From the IMG/VR virus record IMGVR_UViG_3300045988_116410, positions 1 through 43,385 of that record: a DNA stretch of 43,385 nucleotides. One strand, written 5' to 3'. This stretch comes from a virus. Positions 1-9,524 of this stretch are shown piece after piece. Positions within the stretch are counted from its first letter, which is position 1. Each line of letters starts with the position of its first letter. The notes beneath the pieces were generated by a model, which saw nothing but the letters and a program-made list of their open reading frames with translations, ran no database searches and was not told the origin of the DNA. A program made the position numbers and the translations under genes.

Positions 1-55
1 TAGTATTGATTCTAATTCTGTCGTTGCTTTAAGTCTTAAGACGTAATTAGTATTG
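1..55. repeat. Terminal redundancy: 1-55 is base-for-base identical to 43331-43385
   Basis: Direct comparison of the first and last 55 nt. Implies a circular or concatemeric template, or an assembler overlap. Confidence 0.9.
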
Positions 56-140
56 TTGTGTTGTCGTTGCCTCGGCGTCGAGTATATTAGCGGCTTGGTG
101 GATCTGGGTCGGACCTCGGTCGGGGCTTGGTCGTTGTTGG

Positions 141-488
141 TTGGTGGTTGTTGTGGCTTGGGCGCGTGATTCAGTTCGGCGGCGTCGGTTGCCGTCTGAT
201 TGGGCGTCTAGGCGGCGTGCGGTGTTGGCTCGTGATGGTGGTCGTTGTCAGTGGAAGGTTGATGCGTTGTCGGTGTGTGGTGCTCCGGCTACGGATGTGG
301 ATCATATTGTTCCTGGTGATGATGATTCGTTTGGTAATTTGCGGGCGTTGTGTCGTGAGCATCATGCGTTGAAGTCGGCGCGTGAGGGGCATGTGGCGTT
401 GGCGCGTATGCGTCGTGAGGTTGCTGGTCGGTTTAGGCGTTCTGATCCGCATCCTGGTTTGCGTGGGGGTGGTGTGAATGGCTCGTAG
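141..488 (+). CDS. HNH endonuclease
   Basis: 115-aa ORF with an HNH region CGAPATDVDHIVPGDDDSFGNLRALCREHHALKS. It lies directly upstream of the small terminase, as in HK97-like cos phages. Confidence 0.85.
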   Translation: MVVVVAWARDSVRRRRLPSDWASRRRAVLARDGGRCQWKVDALSVCGAPATDVDHIVPGDDDSFGNLRALCREHHALKSAREGHVALARMRREVAGRFRRSDPHPGLRGGGVNGS

Positions 489-1017
489 TGGTCCTGTTCC
501 TGCGCGGCGGGATGAGTTGGTGGATCAGCGTCCGTCGAGGACGCAGCATGTGACTGGTGGCGTGTTGATGGGTGCGTCGCCTCGTAAGGCGGATCGTAAG
601 TGGCATGCGACTGCTAAGCGCATGTATGAGGCTATTGAGGTGTCTGGTCAGTCGTTTTGGTTTCAGCAGACGGACTGGGAGATGGCGTATAGCTTGTGCG
701 AGGACTTGTCGGCGTATAAGCGTCAGCAGGATGAGGCTGTGCGTGCTCGTGCGTTGCGTGCTGGTTGGGATGCTGAGGCTGCGTCGTTGAAGCCGTCTGA
801 GCGTGAGGCGCGTGGGTTTACGCGTGATCGTCCTCCCCTGTTGCGTGATCCGTCGTCGCAGCGTTTGGCGACGATTTACATGGAGTTGGGTAAGTTGGGG
901 ATGTCGGAGTCGGAGCGTCGTAGGGCCGGTATTGAGTTGCGGCCTGATGAGTCTGAGGTAGTTCCGGCGTCGGTGAGTGTGATTGATAGTTACCGTGAGC
1001 GTTTGCGGTCGTCGTAG
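478..1017 (+). CDS. terminase small subunit (P27-like)
   Basis: 179 aa, overlaps the HNH stop. N-terminus SGPVPARRDELV resembles P27-family small terminases. Position between the HNH gene and the large terminase. Confidence 0.65.
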   Translation: MARSGPVPARRDELVDQRPSRTQHVTGGVLMGASPRKADRKWHATAKRMYEAIEVSGQSFWFQQTDWEMAYSLCEDLSAYKRQQDEAVRARALRAGWDAEAASLKPSEREARGFTRDRPPLLRDPSSQRLATIYMELGKLGMSESERRRAGIELRPDESEVVPASVSVIDSYRERLRSS

Positions 1018-1041
1018 TGGTTGTTGTTGTGGGGGTTGTTA

Positions 1042-1287
1042 GTGGTTGTTGTTTATAGTAAGCCTGGTTGTGGTGCTTGTGTGGCGACTAAGCGTGCTTT
1101 GGATAAGGCGGGCGTCTCGTATGAGACGGTGGATGTGAGTGTTGATCCTGCGGCTCGTGAGATGTTGGTTGAGCGCGGGTTTAGTGCGATGCCGGTTGTG
1201 GCTCCTACGGGTGATGTGGGGTCGTGGTTTGGTGGCTTTAGGCTGCAGCGTTTGCGTGAGGTTATTGCTGCTGAGGCGGCCGCTTAG
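1042..1287 (+). CDS. NrdH-like glutaredoxin/thioredoxin-fold protein
   Basis: VVVYSKPGCGACVATKRAL carries a CxxC motif, and the ~80 aa length is typical of NrdH. The ORF opens at 1021; GTG 1042 was chosen because GGGGG lies 7 nt upstream. Confidence 0.75.
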   Translation: MVVVYSKPGCGACVATKRALDKAGVSYETVDVSVDPAAREMLVERGFSAMPVVAPTGDVGSWFGGFRLQRLREVIAAEAAA

Positions 1288-1632
1288 AGGTTGTTCCCGG
1301 TAGCTGATTCAGCCCTCCCCTACAATGGGGTGGGGGTTGGGCTGGAGTTCTGTTATTCCCTCGTTGCCTCATGTGGGGTGGCGGGGCTGTTTTCAGCCCG
1401 CCCACGCGTTTGTGTGGAGTGGGCTGGAGATTCTTTTGTTCCTTTCCGCCCTGTGGGGTTGGTTGGGTTTTTGGTGGCCCCCGTACGCTGAGACGGCGAG
1501 TCGTGGCCCTGGGTCCGCGACGTGGCGCGCGAGCACGACGGCTATACGGCGGGGGCATTTTCTTGGTAGTGGTAGCGGGGTTCGCCTCGCGGCCGACCCC
1601 CTGACGGTTTTCGTTGGGGGGGTTCATCTTTG

Positions 1633-1717
1633 GCCCGTGTGGTGGAATTTGGTAGACACACCACACTCAAAATGTGGTGCTCTTTGGGGCGTGCGGGTTC
1701 GAGTCCCGCCACGGGTA
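1633..1717 (+). tRNA. tRNA-Leu(CAA), type II with long variable arm, no encoded CCA
   Basis: Hand fold: acceptor GCCCGTG/CACGGGT; D region TGGTGGAATTTGGTAGACAC; anticodon stem CCACA/TGTGG with loop CTCAAAA; long variable arm; T-arm GCGGG-TTCGAGT-CCCGC; discriminator A. The architecture parallels bacterial tRNA-Leu. Confidence 0.9.
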
Positions 1718-1750
1718 CTTGTGTGTTGATGGGTTGGGGGTGTCCTGGTT

Positions 1751-3451
1751 TTGGTCGATGTTGATAAGGCTGGGACACCCCCTGATGGTCCCTATGATGG
1801 TTTGTCTGATGAGGAGATTCTTGAGCGTTTCGCGCCGGTGCATTATGGGCCGACGTGGGAGCGCGGCGAGGATGGCCGGTTTGTGTTGCCTGAGCATACG
1901 TTGGGTTGGGAGATTGCTCGGTGGTGTTCGGATTATTTGGAGCCACTTGGTGCTGACCAGGAGGTGTTTGAGTTTACCTTGGAGCAGTTGCGTATCGTCC
2001 TGTGGTGGTATGCGGTTGATGATGAGGGTAAGTTCATTTACCGACGTCGCGGGGTGCTGCAGCGGATTAAGGGTTGGGGTAAGGACCCTTTGCTCGCGGT
2101 GTTGTGTTTGGTTGAGGCGTTTGGTCCGTCCCGGTTTGCTGGTTGGGGTTCTGATGGTGAGCCGGTTGGGCGTAGGTGTCCGCAGGCGTTGGTGCAGATT
2201 TTTGCGTTGAAGCAGGAACAAACGAGCAATACGTTCGATATGTTCCATGTGCTTGTTGGTGACAAGATGCGTGCGAAGTATGGCGCGGATGTGAAGCTGC
2301 AGATTGTGCGCGGTTGTAACAACACGGCGCGCATCGAGGTCAAGACGTCGGCGTTCCGTTCGACGGAGGGTAACCGTTGTACTTTCGCGTTGTTGAATGA
2401 GACGCAGCACTGGTTGCCGCAGAACAATGGACAGAAGTTGAAGAACACGGTTGAGGGTAATACGACGAAGATGAAGTCCCGTTACCTGGCTATTACGAAC
2501 GCGTATAAGCCTGGTGAGGGCAGCGTGGCTGAGGACGACCGTGAGGCGTATATGAAGTCGTTGGAGGGGTTGACGACGGAGACTGACGTGTTCTATGACT
2601 CGTTGGAGGCCCCGGATGATACGCCGTTGGATGAGCGCGTGTTTAAGGTGTTGTATAACGCGGTGCGTGGTGATTCGGTGTGGTGTGATGCTGATGAGGC
2701 GTGGCGGTCGGTGTTGAATCCGTCGCGTCCGACGTCGGAGTCTCGTCGCATGTATTTGAATCAGGTGTGGCAACCAGAGGGGAACCTGTTCTCATCGGCT
2801 GAGTGGAAGCGTATCGAACGTAAGGCGACGTTGGAGCCTGGTGACAGGATTGTGCTCGGGTTTGATGGCGGTAAGTCGGATGACTCTACGGCGCTTATCG
2901 CTATCCGCGTGTCGGATGGTTTGATGGTGCCGCTGCTGCTTGAGGAGAAGCCGTTGGACCTCGCGGGCGACTGGGAGGTTGACCGTGAGCGCGTGGACTC
3001 TATGGTCCACAGGTGCTTCCGTGACTACGACGTCGTTGGGTTCTACGCGGACGTCGCGTTGTGGGAGTCGTACATTCATGAGTGGACTTTGGATTATGGC
3101 GAGCGGCTTGTGGCTCGCGCGTCGGATAGGGGTCCGATTGCGTGGGATATGCGTGGTTCTCGTAAGCGGACGGCGGGCCTGCATGAGGCGTTTATGGCGG
3201 CGATTCTGGACGGTCGGGTGTCGCATGGTGGTTCGCGTGAGTTGGCGGCGTCGTTCCGTCGTCATGTGTTGAATGTGTTGCGTAAGGATACGCCGTATGG
3301 TGTGTCGTTTATGAAGGCTGGCCGTGAGTCGAAGAAGAAGATTGACATGTATGCGGCGGCGATGTTGGCGTTTGGTGCTTATCGGGATTATCAGACTGAG
3401 ATGGCGTCGAGGCCGGTTGCGAAGGCTGGGGGGTCGTTCTTCCGGTTCTGA
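1751..3451 (+). CDS. terminase large subunit
   Basis: 566 aa. Walker-A-like IKGWGKDPLLAV and the nuclease-domain signature GFDGGKSDDSTALIAIR. Followed by the portal gene. TTG start. Confidence 0.85.
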   Translation: MVDVDKAGTPPDGPYDGLSDEEILERFAPVHYGPTWERGEDGRFVLPEHTLGWEIARWCSDYLEPLGADQEVFEFTLEQLRIVLWWYAVDDEGKFIYRRRGVLQRIKGWGKDPLLAVLCLVEAFGPSRFAGWGSDGEPVGRRCPQALVQIFALKQEQTSNTFDMFHVLVGDKMRAKYGADVKLQIVRGCNNTARIEVKTSAFRSTEGNRCTFALLNETQHWLPQNNGQKLKNTVEGNTTKMKSRYLAITNAYKPGEGSVAEDDREAYMKSLEGLTTETDVFYDSLEAPDDTPLDERVFKVLYNAVRGDSVWCDADEAWRSVLNPSRPTSESRRMYLNQVWQPEGNLFSSAEWKRIERKATLEPGDRIVLGFDGGKSDDSTALIAIRVSDGLMVPLLLEEKPLDLAGDWEVDRERVDSMVHRCFRDYDVVGFYADVALWESYIHEWTLDYGERLVARASDRGPIAWDMRGSRKRTAGLHEAFMAAILDGRVSHGGSRELAASFRRHVLNVLRKDTPYGVSFMKAGRESKKKIDMYAAAMLAFGAYRDYQTEMASRPVAKAGGSFFRF

Positions 3452-3464
3452 GGGGTGATGTGTT

Positions 3465-4952
3465 GTGGCGTTGATTGATGCTGGTGATTCGTTGGAGGCT
3501 CTTGTTGGTGAGGGCTTGCGGGTGTTGAGGCGCGATTGGGAGGATGGGCTTGAGGTTGCTGACGCGTATTTGCGTGGCGATTTTGACGACCCGTATTCCC
3601 CGAAGGGCATGTTGCCTGAGCATAAAGCGATGATGCGTAGGGCTCGTCAGAATTGGTGCGAGATTCCGGTTAATGCGGCGGTGCAGGCGTTGGCGGTTGA
3701 CGGGTTCCGCTCGGGGGATCAGAGGGCAGGTGACGAGCGTTCGTCTGAGACCCCCGAGTGGGACTTGTGGCAGCGCAGTAATTTGGATGCGAAGCAGGCG
3801 CAGGTGCATCGTAGTGCGGTGGCGTATGGTCAGGCGTTCACGGTGGTTGAGCGCGGGCAGGACGGTAGGGCCTATGTTCGCGTCCTGTCGGCGTTGCGGA
3901 CTGTTTGCCTGTTCGAGGACGCCCTGTCGGACGATAACGCGATTCTTGCATTGTCGGTGATGCGCCGTCCTGGCGAGGGGCCGGATGGTCGCCCGAAGCC
4001 TGGCCTGGCGGTCGCGTGGGATCGTTACAATCGTTACGACGTGGTTCTGCCTCATGATGGCGGTGAGCCTCGCGTTGGTCCCGGCGTCGCACATGGCGGT
4101 AACGGCCATTGTCCGGTGACGCGGTTTGTGTCGCAGATGGACGACGAGGGGCGAGTGCAGGGCGCGGTCCTACCGTTGAAGCAGTGGCAGGACTCGTTTA
4201 ACCAGATGCTTTTCAATCTGCTGCTTGAGCAGTCGCATGGCGCGCATCGCGTGTTGTGGGCGACCGGCTTGGAGCCTGCGGTCGCGGTGGACGCGGACGG
4301 CATGCCGGTGGTTGGCCCCGATGGTGGGGTTGTTCGTCAGCCGATTGCGGCGGGGCCTGGTGACTTCCTGGTCAACTCGTCGCCGGATGGCAAGTTCGGT
4401 TCCCTGCCGGTTGGCGACCAGTCCGGCTATATCGCGGCGATGGATGCGCTGATTAAGGACTTCAGTGCTATCTCGCAGACGCCTCCTAACTTCCTCCTCG
4501 GCCAGATGGCGAACTTGTCTGCTGACGCGTTGAATGCGGCTGAGAAGTCGTTCCGCCGCAAGGTGGAGTTGTACCGGACTCAGTTTGGTGAGTCGTGGGA
4601 GCGGACGTTGCGTGTGGGTATGGTGCTAGAGGGTCGCGCGGAGCGCGACCAGTGGGAGCATAACGAGGTTCTGTGGCGCGACCTTGAATCGGCTGCTTTG
4701 TCGCAGACGGCGGATGCGCTGTCGAAGTTGCGGGAGATTGGGGTGCCGTCTCGCGGCTTGTGGGAGATGGTGCCTGGCGTGTCGCCGGTCCAGTTGGATC
4801 GTTGGGATGAGTTGGCTGTGTCGGAGCGTTTGGGTTCTGATTTTGGTGCGGCTGTTCAGGGGTTTAGCGCGATGGGCGCGCAGGATGCTCTAGATGAGCC
4901 TGTGACGGCCTCGGATGGCGAGCTCGCGTCTTTGGCTGGCGGTGACGCGTAG
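3465..4952 (+). CDS. portal protein
   Basis: 495 aa ORF immediately after the large terminase, with an acidic C-terminus. Call rests on synteny and size. Confidence 0.8.
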   Translation: MALIDAGDSLEALVGEGLRVLRRDWEDGLEVADAYLRGDFDDPYSPKGMLPEHKAMMRRARQNWCEIPVNAAVQALAVDGFRSGDQRAGDERSSETPEWDLWQRSNLDAKQAQVHRSAVAYGQAFTVVERGQDGRAYVRVLSALRTVCLFEDALSDDNAILALSVMRRPGEGPDGRPKPGLAVAWDRYNRYDVVLPHDGGEPRVGPGVAHGGNGHCPVTRFVSQMDDEGRVQGAVLPLKQWQDSFNQMLFNLLLEQSHGAHRVLWATGLEPAVAVDADGMPVVGPDGGVVRQPIAAGPGDFLVNSSPDGKFGSLPVGDQSGYIAAMDALIKDFSAISQTPPNFLLGQMANLSADALNAAEKSFRRKVELYRTQFGESWERTLRVGMVLEGRAERDQWEHNEVLWRDLESAALSQTADALSKLREIGVPSRGLWEMVPGVSPVQLDRWDELAVSERLGSDFGAAVQGFSAMGAQDALDEPVTASDGELASLAGGDA

Positions 4953-5812
4953 TGGCCGCAGACGGGCGTGTGGAGTCTCTGCTGAAGGCGTTTGAGCGGG
5001 CGTTGGGTCAGTTGAGTTTGGGGACTGTGCAGGATGTGTCCCGCTGGTGGGAGCAGGCGGATAAGGGCGGCGATGTTGCGGCCCGTTTCGGTGAAGTGCT
5101 TGTGGAGCCGTGGGATCGTGGCGCTGTGTTGGGGGTGGCGTTCTACAGGTTGTTGAGGGCGTTGCAGACGGGCCGCACGGTCCCCTCCCCTATTCGCGGT
5201 CACGCGCAGGGCGGCGAGGTGACGCTGGGTGAGCTGGTGCGTGAGTTTAGCGAGGCTGCGGGGTTGCCGTTGTCGGCTAAGGGGTCGTTGGCTGGTGTGC
5301 GTGTTGCGGTGGATAAGCAGGCGACGCCGGACCTTGCAGCGTTGCGTGACACTGATGTGAAGGCGGCGCAGGCGTTGTTGCGTGCCCGGCTGGAGGCTGG
5401 CGAGGTGTCGTCTGGCGTTGTGGCTGGTGTTGGTCAGCAGGCGGCGGCGGGCGGCGTCCGGTCGGTGGTGCGTGACATGGGTGATCGTGATCCAGCTCGG
5501 CAGGCGTGGATTAGGGTGTCTGGGACGGGGACGCCGTGCGCGTTTTGTGCGATGTTGTTGTCTCGCGGCGCGGTGTATTCGGGGAAGCATGAGGCGTTGC
5601 GGCATGACGTGACGCACGCGAATGGGACTCACGGGTATCACCCGAATTGTCATTGTTACGCGTTGCCCCTGTTTGCGGGGTCAAGCATTGAGGGTTCTCG
5701 TTTCGCGGTGAATCGGGAGATGCAGAATCTTTGGTACAACGATTTCGGCGGTAAGGGCTTGAAGGGCAAGTCCGGCTGGCGGAGTTACTACTACCGCAAG
5801 TTCAAGCGGTAG
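4952..5812 (+). CDS. MuF-like head morphogenesis / minor capsid protein
   Basis: C-terminal CAFCAMLLSRGAVYSG...HGYHPNCHCYALP matches the Mu F / SPP1 gp7 signature. 1-nt overlap with the portal stop. Confidence 0.75.
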   Translation: MAADGRVESLLKAFERALGQLSLGTVQDVSRWWEQADKGGDVAARFGEVLVEPWDRGAVLGVAFYRLLRALQTGRTVPSPIRGHAQGGEVTLGELVREFSEAAGLPLSAKGSLAGVRVAVDKQATPDLAALRDTDVKAAQALLRARLEAGEVSSGVVAGVGQQAAAGGVRSVVRDMGDRDPARQAWIRVSGTGTPCAFCAMLLSRGAVYSGKHEALRHDVTHANGTHGYHPNCHCYALPLFAGSSIEGSRFAVNREMQNLWYNDFGGKGLKGKSGWRSYYYRKFKR

Positions 5813-5900
5813 GCGTGTTGGTGGAAGCCCTGGCGGCTTCAAGTGGTTCCCGCGTTTCGTCCTGGTGGCGTGCGCGGGCTTTGTTTTCTGGGAGTGTGTG

Positions 5901-6479
5901 ATGGCGGACGAGAAGAATGTGGCTGACGAAGCTGAGGCGGTTGAGGGTGGCGCGCCGGGAGCGCGCGGCGATGATGCGCAGGTTGAGTCGGAGGAGCAGG
6001 TGCCGGTGGAAGGCGACAAGGCTGAGGGCCAGGATGGCGGTGCTCGCAAGGTTGATGAATTGCCTGAGTGGGCGCAGCGTGAGCTGAAGGGGGCGCGTGA
6101 CGAGGCGGCGAGGTATCGCACGCAGTTGCGTGAGGTTCAGGAGTCGGTGAAGGGCCTCAAGACGGCTGAGGAGTTCGAGGCCGCATTGTCGGCGGCTGAC
6201 GAGAAAACCCGTCAGATTGAGGCTGAGCTTGATCGTGTGCGCGTGCGTCAGCAGGTGCGCGATGAGTTCCCAAACCTGCCCGGTAAGGCGTTCGAGTTCG
6301 TCAAGGATGGCACGGTTGAGGAGATGCGTGCGGCGTGCGAGGAGTTGGCGTCCCTGGTGGGCGCGACTGGCGGCGCGGCGGGTCTGCCTCGCAAGGGCGG
6401 GGGTTTGGCTCCCGCTGAGGAGACGGACGCAGAGTTTGACGCGCGCGAGTATGTGCGCAGTCGCGTGCCTCGCATTTGA
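5901..6479 (+). CDS. capsid scaffolding protein
   Basis: Acidic, Ala/Glu-rich helical 192-aa protein directly upstream of the capsid gene. ATG 5901 follows GGGAG. The ORF opens at 5865. Confidence 0.7.
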   Translation: MADEKNVADEAEAVEGGAPGARGDDAQVESEEQVPVEGDKAEGQDGGARKVDELPEWAQRELKGARDEAARYRTQLREVQESVKGLKTAEEFEAALSAADEKTRQIEAELDRVRVRQQVRDEFPNLPGKAFEFVKDGTVEEMRAACEELASLVGATGGAAGLPRKGGGLAPAEETDAEFDAREYVRSRVPRI

Positions 6480-6525
6480 CGTCTCCTGGTTGTTTGGTTT
6501 CTGAGTTTGTAGAGGAGATTTTGGT

Positions 6526-7572
6526 ATGGTGGCTGTTACTCATACCCCGGTGAAGCCGGAAAAGCTTGCTGCGACTGCGGTCGCGTTGACGGAGCGCGAA
6601 CTGGTTGTTCCGACGCTGTTCGCTAAGAAGGGCATCGAGGATTTCAAGGGTGCCAAGGATGACACTCTGAATGTGAAGGTGCCGGGTATTCTTCCCGCTC
6701 ACGATTATGAGTGGCGTAATAACCGTGCGCAGGAACTGATTCTTGACCCGTACAAGGAGCGCAAGATTGCGGTCCGTTTCGGCGGTAACGCGTATTCTGC
6801 GACGTCGCTGACGGATGAGGAGTGGGAGTTCGATTTCAACGGTTGGGGCACGTCGATCCTGCCCGCTCAGGCTCACGCGGTTGCCCGCAAGCTTGAGTAC
6901 GGTGCCGTGAAGGCTCTCAAGACGGGCAAGTACACGGTGGAGATTGGCGCGAAGGAAAACAATGTCCTCAAGGATATTATTGAGGCGCGTCGTGCTCTGA
7001 ACCTGTTGGGCGCGTCGAAGGTGTCGAGGACCCTGGTTGTGGGTTCCGACTGGGACACTCTGTTGCAGTCGGCGGACTTTGTGAAGGCCGCGTCGATTGG
7101 CGATAAGCTGGCTGAGACGGCGTTTGCTGACGCTGTCCTGGGTAAGGTCAAGGGCTTCAACATCGTTGTGTCGGAGGACCTGCCGTCTGACGAGGCGTAC
7201 GCTCTGGCCGGTGACGCGTTCATCTTCCTTAACGCTGCGCCGCATGTTCCTGAGTCGGTGAAGGGCGCGACCAGCATTTCCGATTCGGGTATTGCGATGC
7301 GTTGGTTGCGTGACTACGACACGATGCGTCAGCAGGAGCGTTCCACGGTCAATACCTGGTATGGCTTCCAGCAGGTTCTTGACCCGGTTGTGTACTGGGA
7401 CGAGACTGCGGGCGTTGAGAAGATTTCCGACGACCAGTACAGTCTGCGTGCGGTTAAGCTCAAGTTGGGTGGCACGGACAAGTACTTTGCTGAGGGCACT
7501 GACAAGGTTGTGGTTGGTAAGGCGCTGGGCTTGGACAAGCGTTCTAAGCACACGACTGCTGCTGCTGGTTGA
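6526..7572 (+). CDS. major capsid protein
   Basis: 348 aa after the scaffold gene, with RBS AGAGGAG. Visibly more C-ending (highly-expressed type) codons than its neighbours. Hairpins follow the stop. Confidence 0.8.
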   Translation: MVAVTHTPVKPEKLAATAVALTERELVVPTLFAKKGIEDFKGAKDDTLNVKVPGILPAHDYEWRNNRAQELILDPYKERKIAVRFGGNAYSATSLTDEEWEFDFNGWGTSILPAQAHAVARKLEYGAVKALKTGKYTVEIGAKENNVLKDIIEARRALNLLGASKVSRTLVVGSDWDTLLQSADFVKAASIGDKLAETAFADAVLGKVKGFNIVVSEDLPSDEAYALAGDAFIFLNAAPHVPESVKGATSISDSGIAMRWLRDYDTMRQQERSTVNTWYGFQQVLDPVVYWDETAGVEKISDDQYSLRAVKLKLGGTDKYFAEGTDKVVVGKALGLDKRSKHTTAAAG

Positions 7573-7715
7573 AGGCACGATCCGGTGGTTCCGGCCTCGG
7601 GGGCGAGTGGTCCGCCGCCGCCCCCTGATGAGTGGCAACTGGATCACCTGTGATGGTGGGGCGTTGCCCCTGTGGTTGGCTTGCATCCCGTTAATGTGCG
7701 CGAGGTGTCAACCCT

Positions 7716-7740
7716 GGGGCGCGCCCCTCTTGGTTTGAGG
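7716..7740 (+). terminator. hairpin GGGGCGCGCCCC followed by TCTTGGTTTG (leaky terminator after capsid gene)
   Basis: Self-complementary 12-mer at 7716-7727 followed by a T-rich tract. A second hairpin GGGGC-GTT-GCCCC lies at 7658-7670. Confidence 0.45.
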
Positions 7741-7750
7741 GGGTGTTCGC

Positions 7751-8275
7751 GTGAGCGAAATTGAGGAAGTTACCCCGCCCGTGTCGGAAGCGGAAGCGGT
7801 TCGACGTAGGGAGATGTTGATTAGCGTGGCCGAGTTGGAGGCTCGCCTCAAGTACGCGTTGTCGCCTGACGAGAAGGACACGGCGGCGGCGGTGATTTGG
7901 GATGCGTCGAACTTGGCGAGGTTGCATGGCAGGCCGTCGTGGATGGCGGATGCCGTTCCCCCGGTCGTTAAGACAATCGTCCGTAACGCGTGTGTCCGTT
8001 ACATGGACCTGTCTGAGTCCGTTGTTCAGTCTCGCGCTGGTGATGAGACGGAGGCGTACACGGACTTGGCGTTGCGTACGGGCACGGTGTTCTATACGCC
8101 GGATGAGGTGCGGACGTTGCGTCAGGCGGCGGGCTTGGATTCAACCCTGTCGGTTGTCCACACGTTCGTCCATTCTCCCGCCGCGCCGACGTCGAGGGAT
8201 TTTGATCGAGGTTGGCGCAGGTGTGACTGGTGGTTGCCGGGTGCCCGCTTCAAGTGGAGCGAGGGAGACCTGTAG
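7751..8275 (+). CDS. head-tail connector (gp6-like adaptor)
   Basis: 174 aa. First gene after the capsid terminator, with RBS GAGGGGG. Call rests on synteny. Confidence 0.6.
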   Translation: MSEIEEVTPPVSEAEAVRRREMLISVAELEARLKYALSPDEKDTAAAVIWDASNLARLHGRPSWMADAVPPVVKTIVRNACVRYMDLSESVVQSRAGDETEAYTDLALRTGTVFYTPDEVRTLRQAAGLDSTLSVVHTFVHSPAAPTSRDFDRGWRRCDWWLPGARFKWSEGDL

Positions 8276-8682
8276 TGGCAGTCGGTAGGCACAGAGGGTT
8301 GACGGGCGTTGTGTATGGGCGTAAGCGAGCGCGGGACACTCGGGGGAACCTGGTGACTGTCCCGGACTTGGAGCGCCCGTACAAGTGCCGTATGTCGATG
8401 AAGCAGGTGCGGTCGAATCGTGGCGCGGCGAAGGGCCAGTTGACGAACGAGGTTGCGTTGATCCTGGTTGAGCCTCGCACGGTTGACGGGGAACTGCTGA
8501 CGGACGTCGGCGCGTGGACGTTGATCGAGTTCGACGGTAAGCAGTGGGATGCTGCAGCTCCCCCGGCACTGAAGCGGGGGACGCGCAGGACGACTCACTG
8601 GGAGTTCGAGTGCAAGCCGCGTCCGCCGTCGAATCTGGCTGGGATTGGTGGTGGTGCCGGTGGCGACCATGCTGGTCACTAA
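8275..8682 (+). CDS. head closure / head-tail joining protein
   Basis: GTG 8275 overlaps the upstream TAG by 1 nt, with GGGAG 7 nt upstream. The ORF opens at 8230. Call rests on synteny. Confidence 0.55.
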   Translation: MAVGRHRGLTGVVYGRKRARDTRGNLVTVPDLERPYKCRMSMKQVRSNRGAAKGQLTNEVALILVEPRTVDGELLTDVGAWTLIEFDGKQWDAAAPPALKRGTRRTTHWEFECKPRPPSNLAGIGGGAGGDHAGH

Positions 8683-9028
8683 GGAACGGTTGAATAAGAT
8701 CGTCTCGCACATGCCGCAGGTGCGGCGTGAGATTCGTGGTCAGACGAACAAGCGGGCGGCGGTCGCTAAGGCTAAGCTCGCCGCCCACCGTTACCAGGGG
8801 CACGCGAAGATCGAGTCCTACGTGGCGTGGGTTGACGGCTATATCGTCCTGTCCGACGAGGATGGGTATGGTGCGGCGGCGGCTATCGAGTACGGGCGTA
8901 GCGGCGAGACGCGGTACAAGCCGATTCTTGATGATTCGGGGAAGATCGTCGGCCAGAGGGCCATTCACATTGGTCCATCGAAGGGTGTGGGGGCGTTGGC
9001 GGCGGCTGCTGCTGGTGGCCGTGTTTGA
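8669..9028 (+). CDS. HK97 gp10-like neck/tail component
   Basis: About 119 aa ending ...AAAAIEYGRSG.... Synteny. The start is uncertain (ORF opens at 8645). Confidence 0.5.
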   Translation: MLVTKERLNKIVSHMPQVRREIRGQTNKRAAVAKAKLAAHRYQGHAKIESYVAWVDGYIVLSDEDGYGAAAAIEYGRSGETRYKPILDDSGKIVGQRAIHIGPSKGVGALAAAAAGGRV

Positions 9029-9500
9029 CGCGTCGAAGTTGAACCCAGGTAGGCATGTGACGGTTGAGACGTTCCTGCCCGGCTGGTTGGAGGCGGACCT
9101 GCCTGACGGGGTGACCTGCAGGTCTCGTATCGAGGAGGGCAACTCGGTCCCGTACGTGATGGTTGTGGAGGTGCAGCCGACGACGGGGGGCCAGTTCATT
9201 CGGTCGGATGACGCGGTTGATGTGTTGGAGTTCGAGGTCCACACGTTCGCGTCCGGGCTGGACGCTGAGGATGTGGCGTGGCGGATTAGCTGGTCGATTA
9301 TCGAGTTGTTGCGCAAGTATGCGGCGCGGGGCAGGCGGGTTCCTGGTCGAGAGTCTTTCGTGAAGGCTTTCGAGTTGATGGAGCGGCCTCGCCGTCGTGA
9401 GGACTGGGCGGATTCTACCGGCCCGGTTCAGTATCAGGATTTGCCGGTGGGCGTGGAGCGTTTCGTGTTCCAGGCACGACTGGTGGTGTTGCACCGATGA
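9021..9500 (+). CDS. tail terminator / tail completion protein
   Basis: GTG 9021 overlaps the upstream stop (GTGTTTGA). It forms the in-frame 3' part of track ORF 8727..9500, whose 5' part is an out-of-frame artefact. Call rests on synteny. Confidence 0.55.
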   Translation: MFDASKLNPGRHVTVETFLPGWLEADLPDGVTCRSRIEEGNSVPYVMVVEVQPTTGGQFIRSDDAVDVLEFEVHTFASGLDAEDVAWRISWSIIELLRKYAARGRRVPGRESFVKAFELMERPRRREDWADSTGPVQYQDLPVGVERFVFQARLVVLHR

Positions 9501-9524
9501 TGGTGCAGGAATGGTGAGGTTGTT

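Noticed and set aside
1551-1601. 51-nt segment GGGGGCATTTTCTTGGTAGTGGTAGCGGGGTTCGCCTCGCGGCCGACCCCC upstream of tRNA-Leu. It superficially resembles a tRNA-like element (GGGGG/CCCCC ends, GGTAGTGGTAG, GGTTCG).
   Set aside because: No 5-bp T-stem can be formed around GGTTCGC, and only 5 terminal pairs exist. It is treated as part of the structured spacer, not as a tRNA or TLE.
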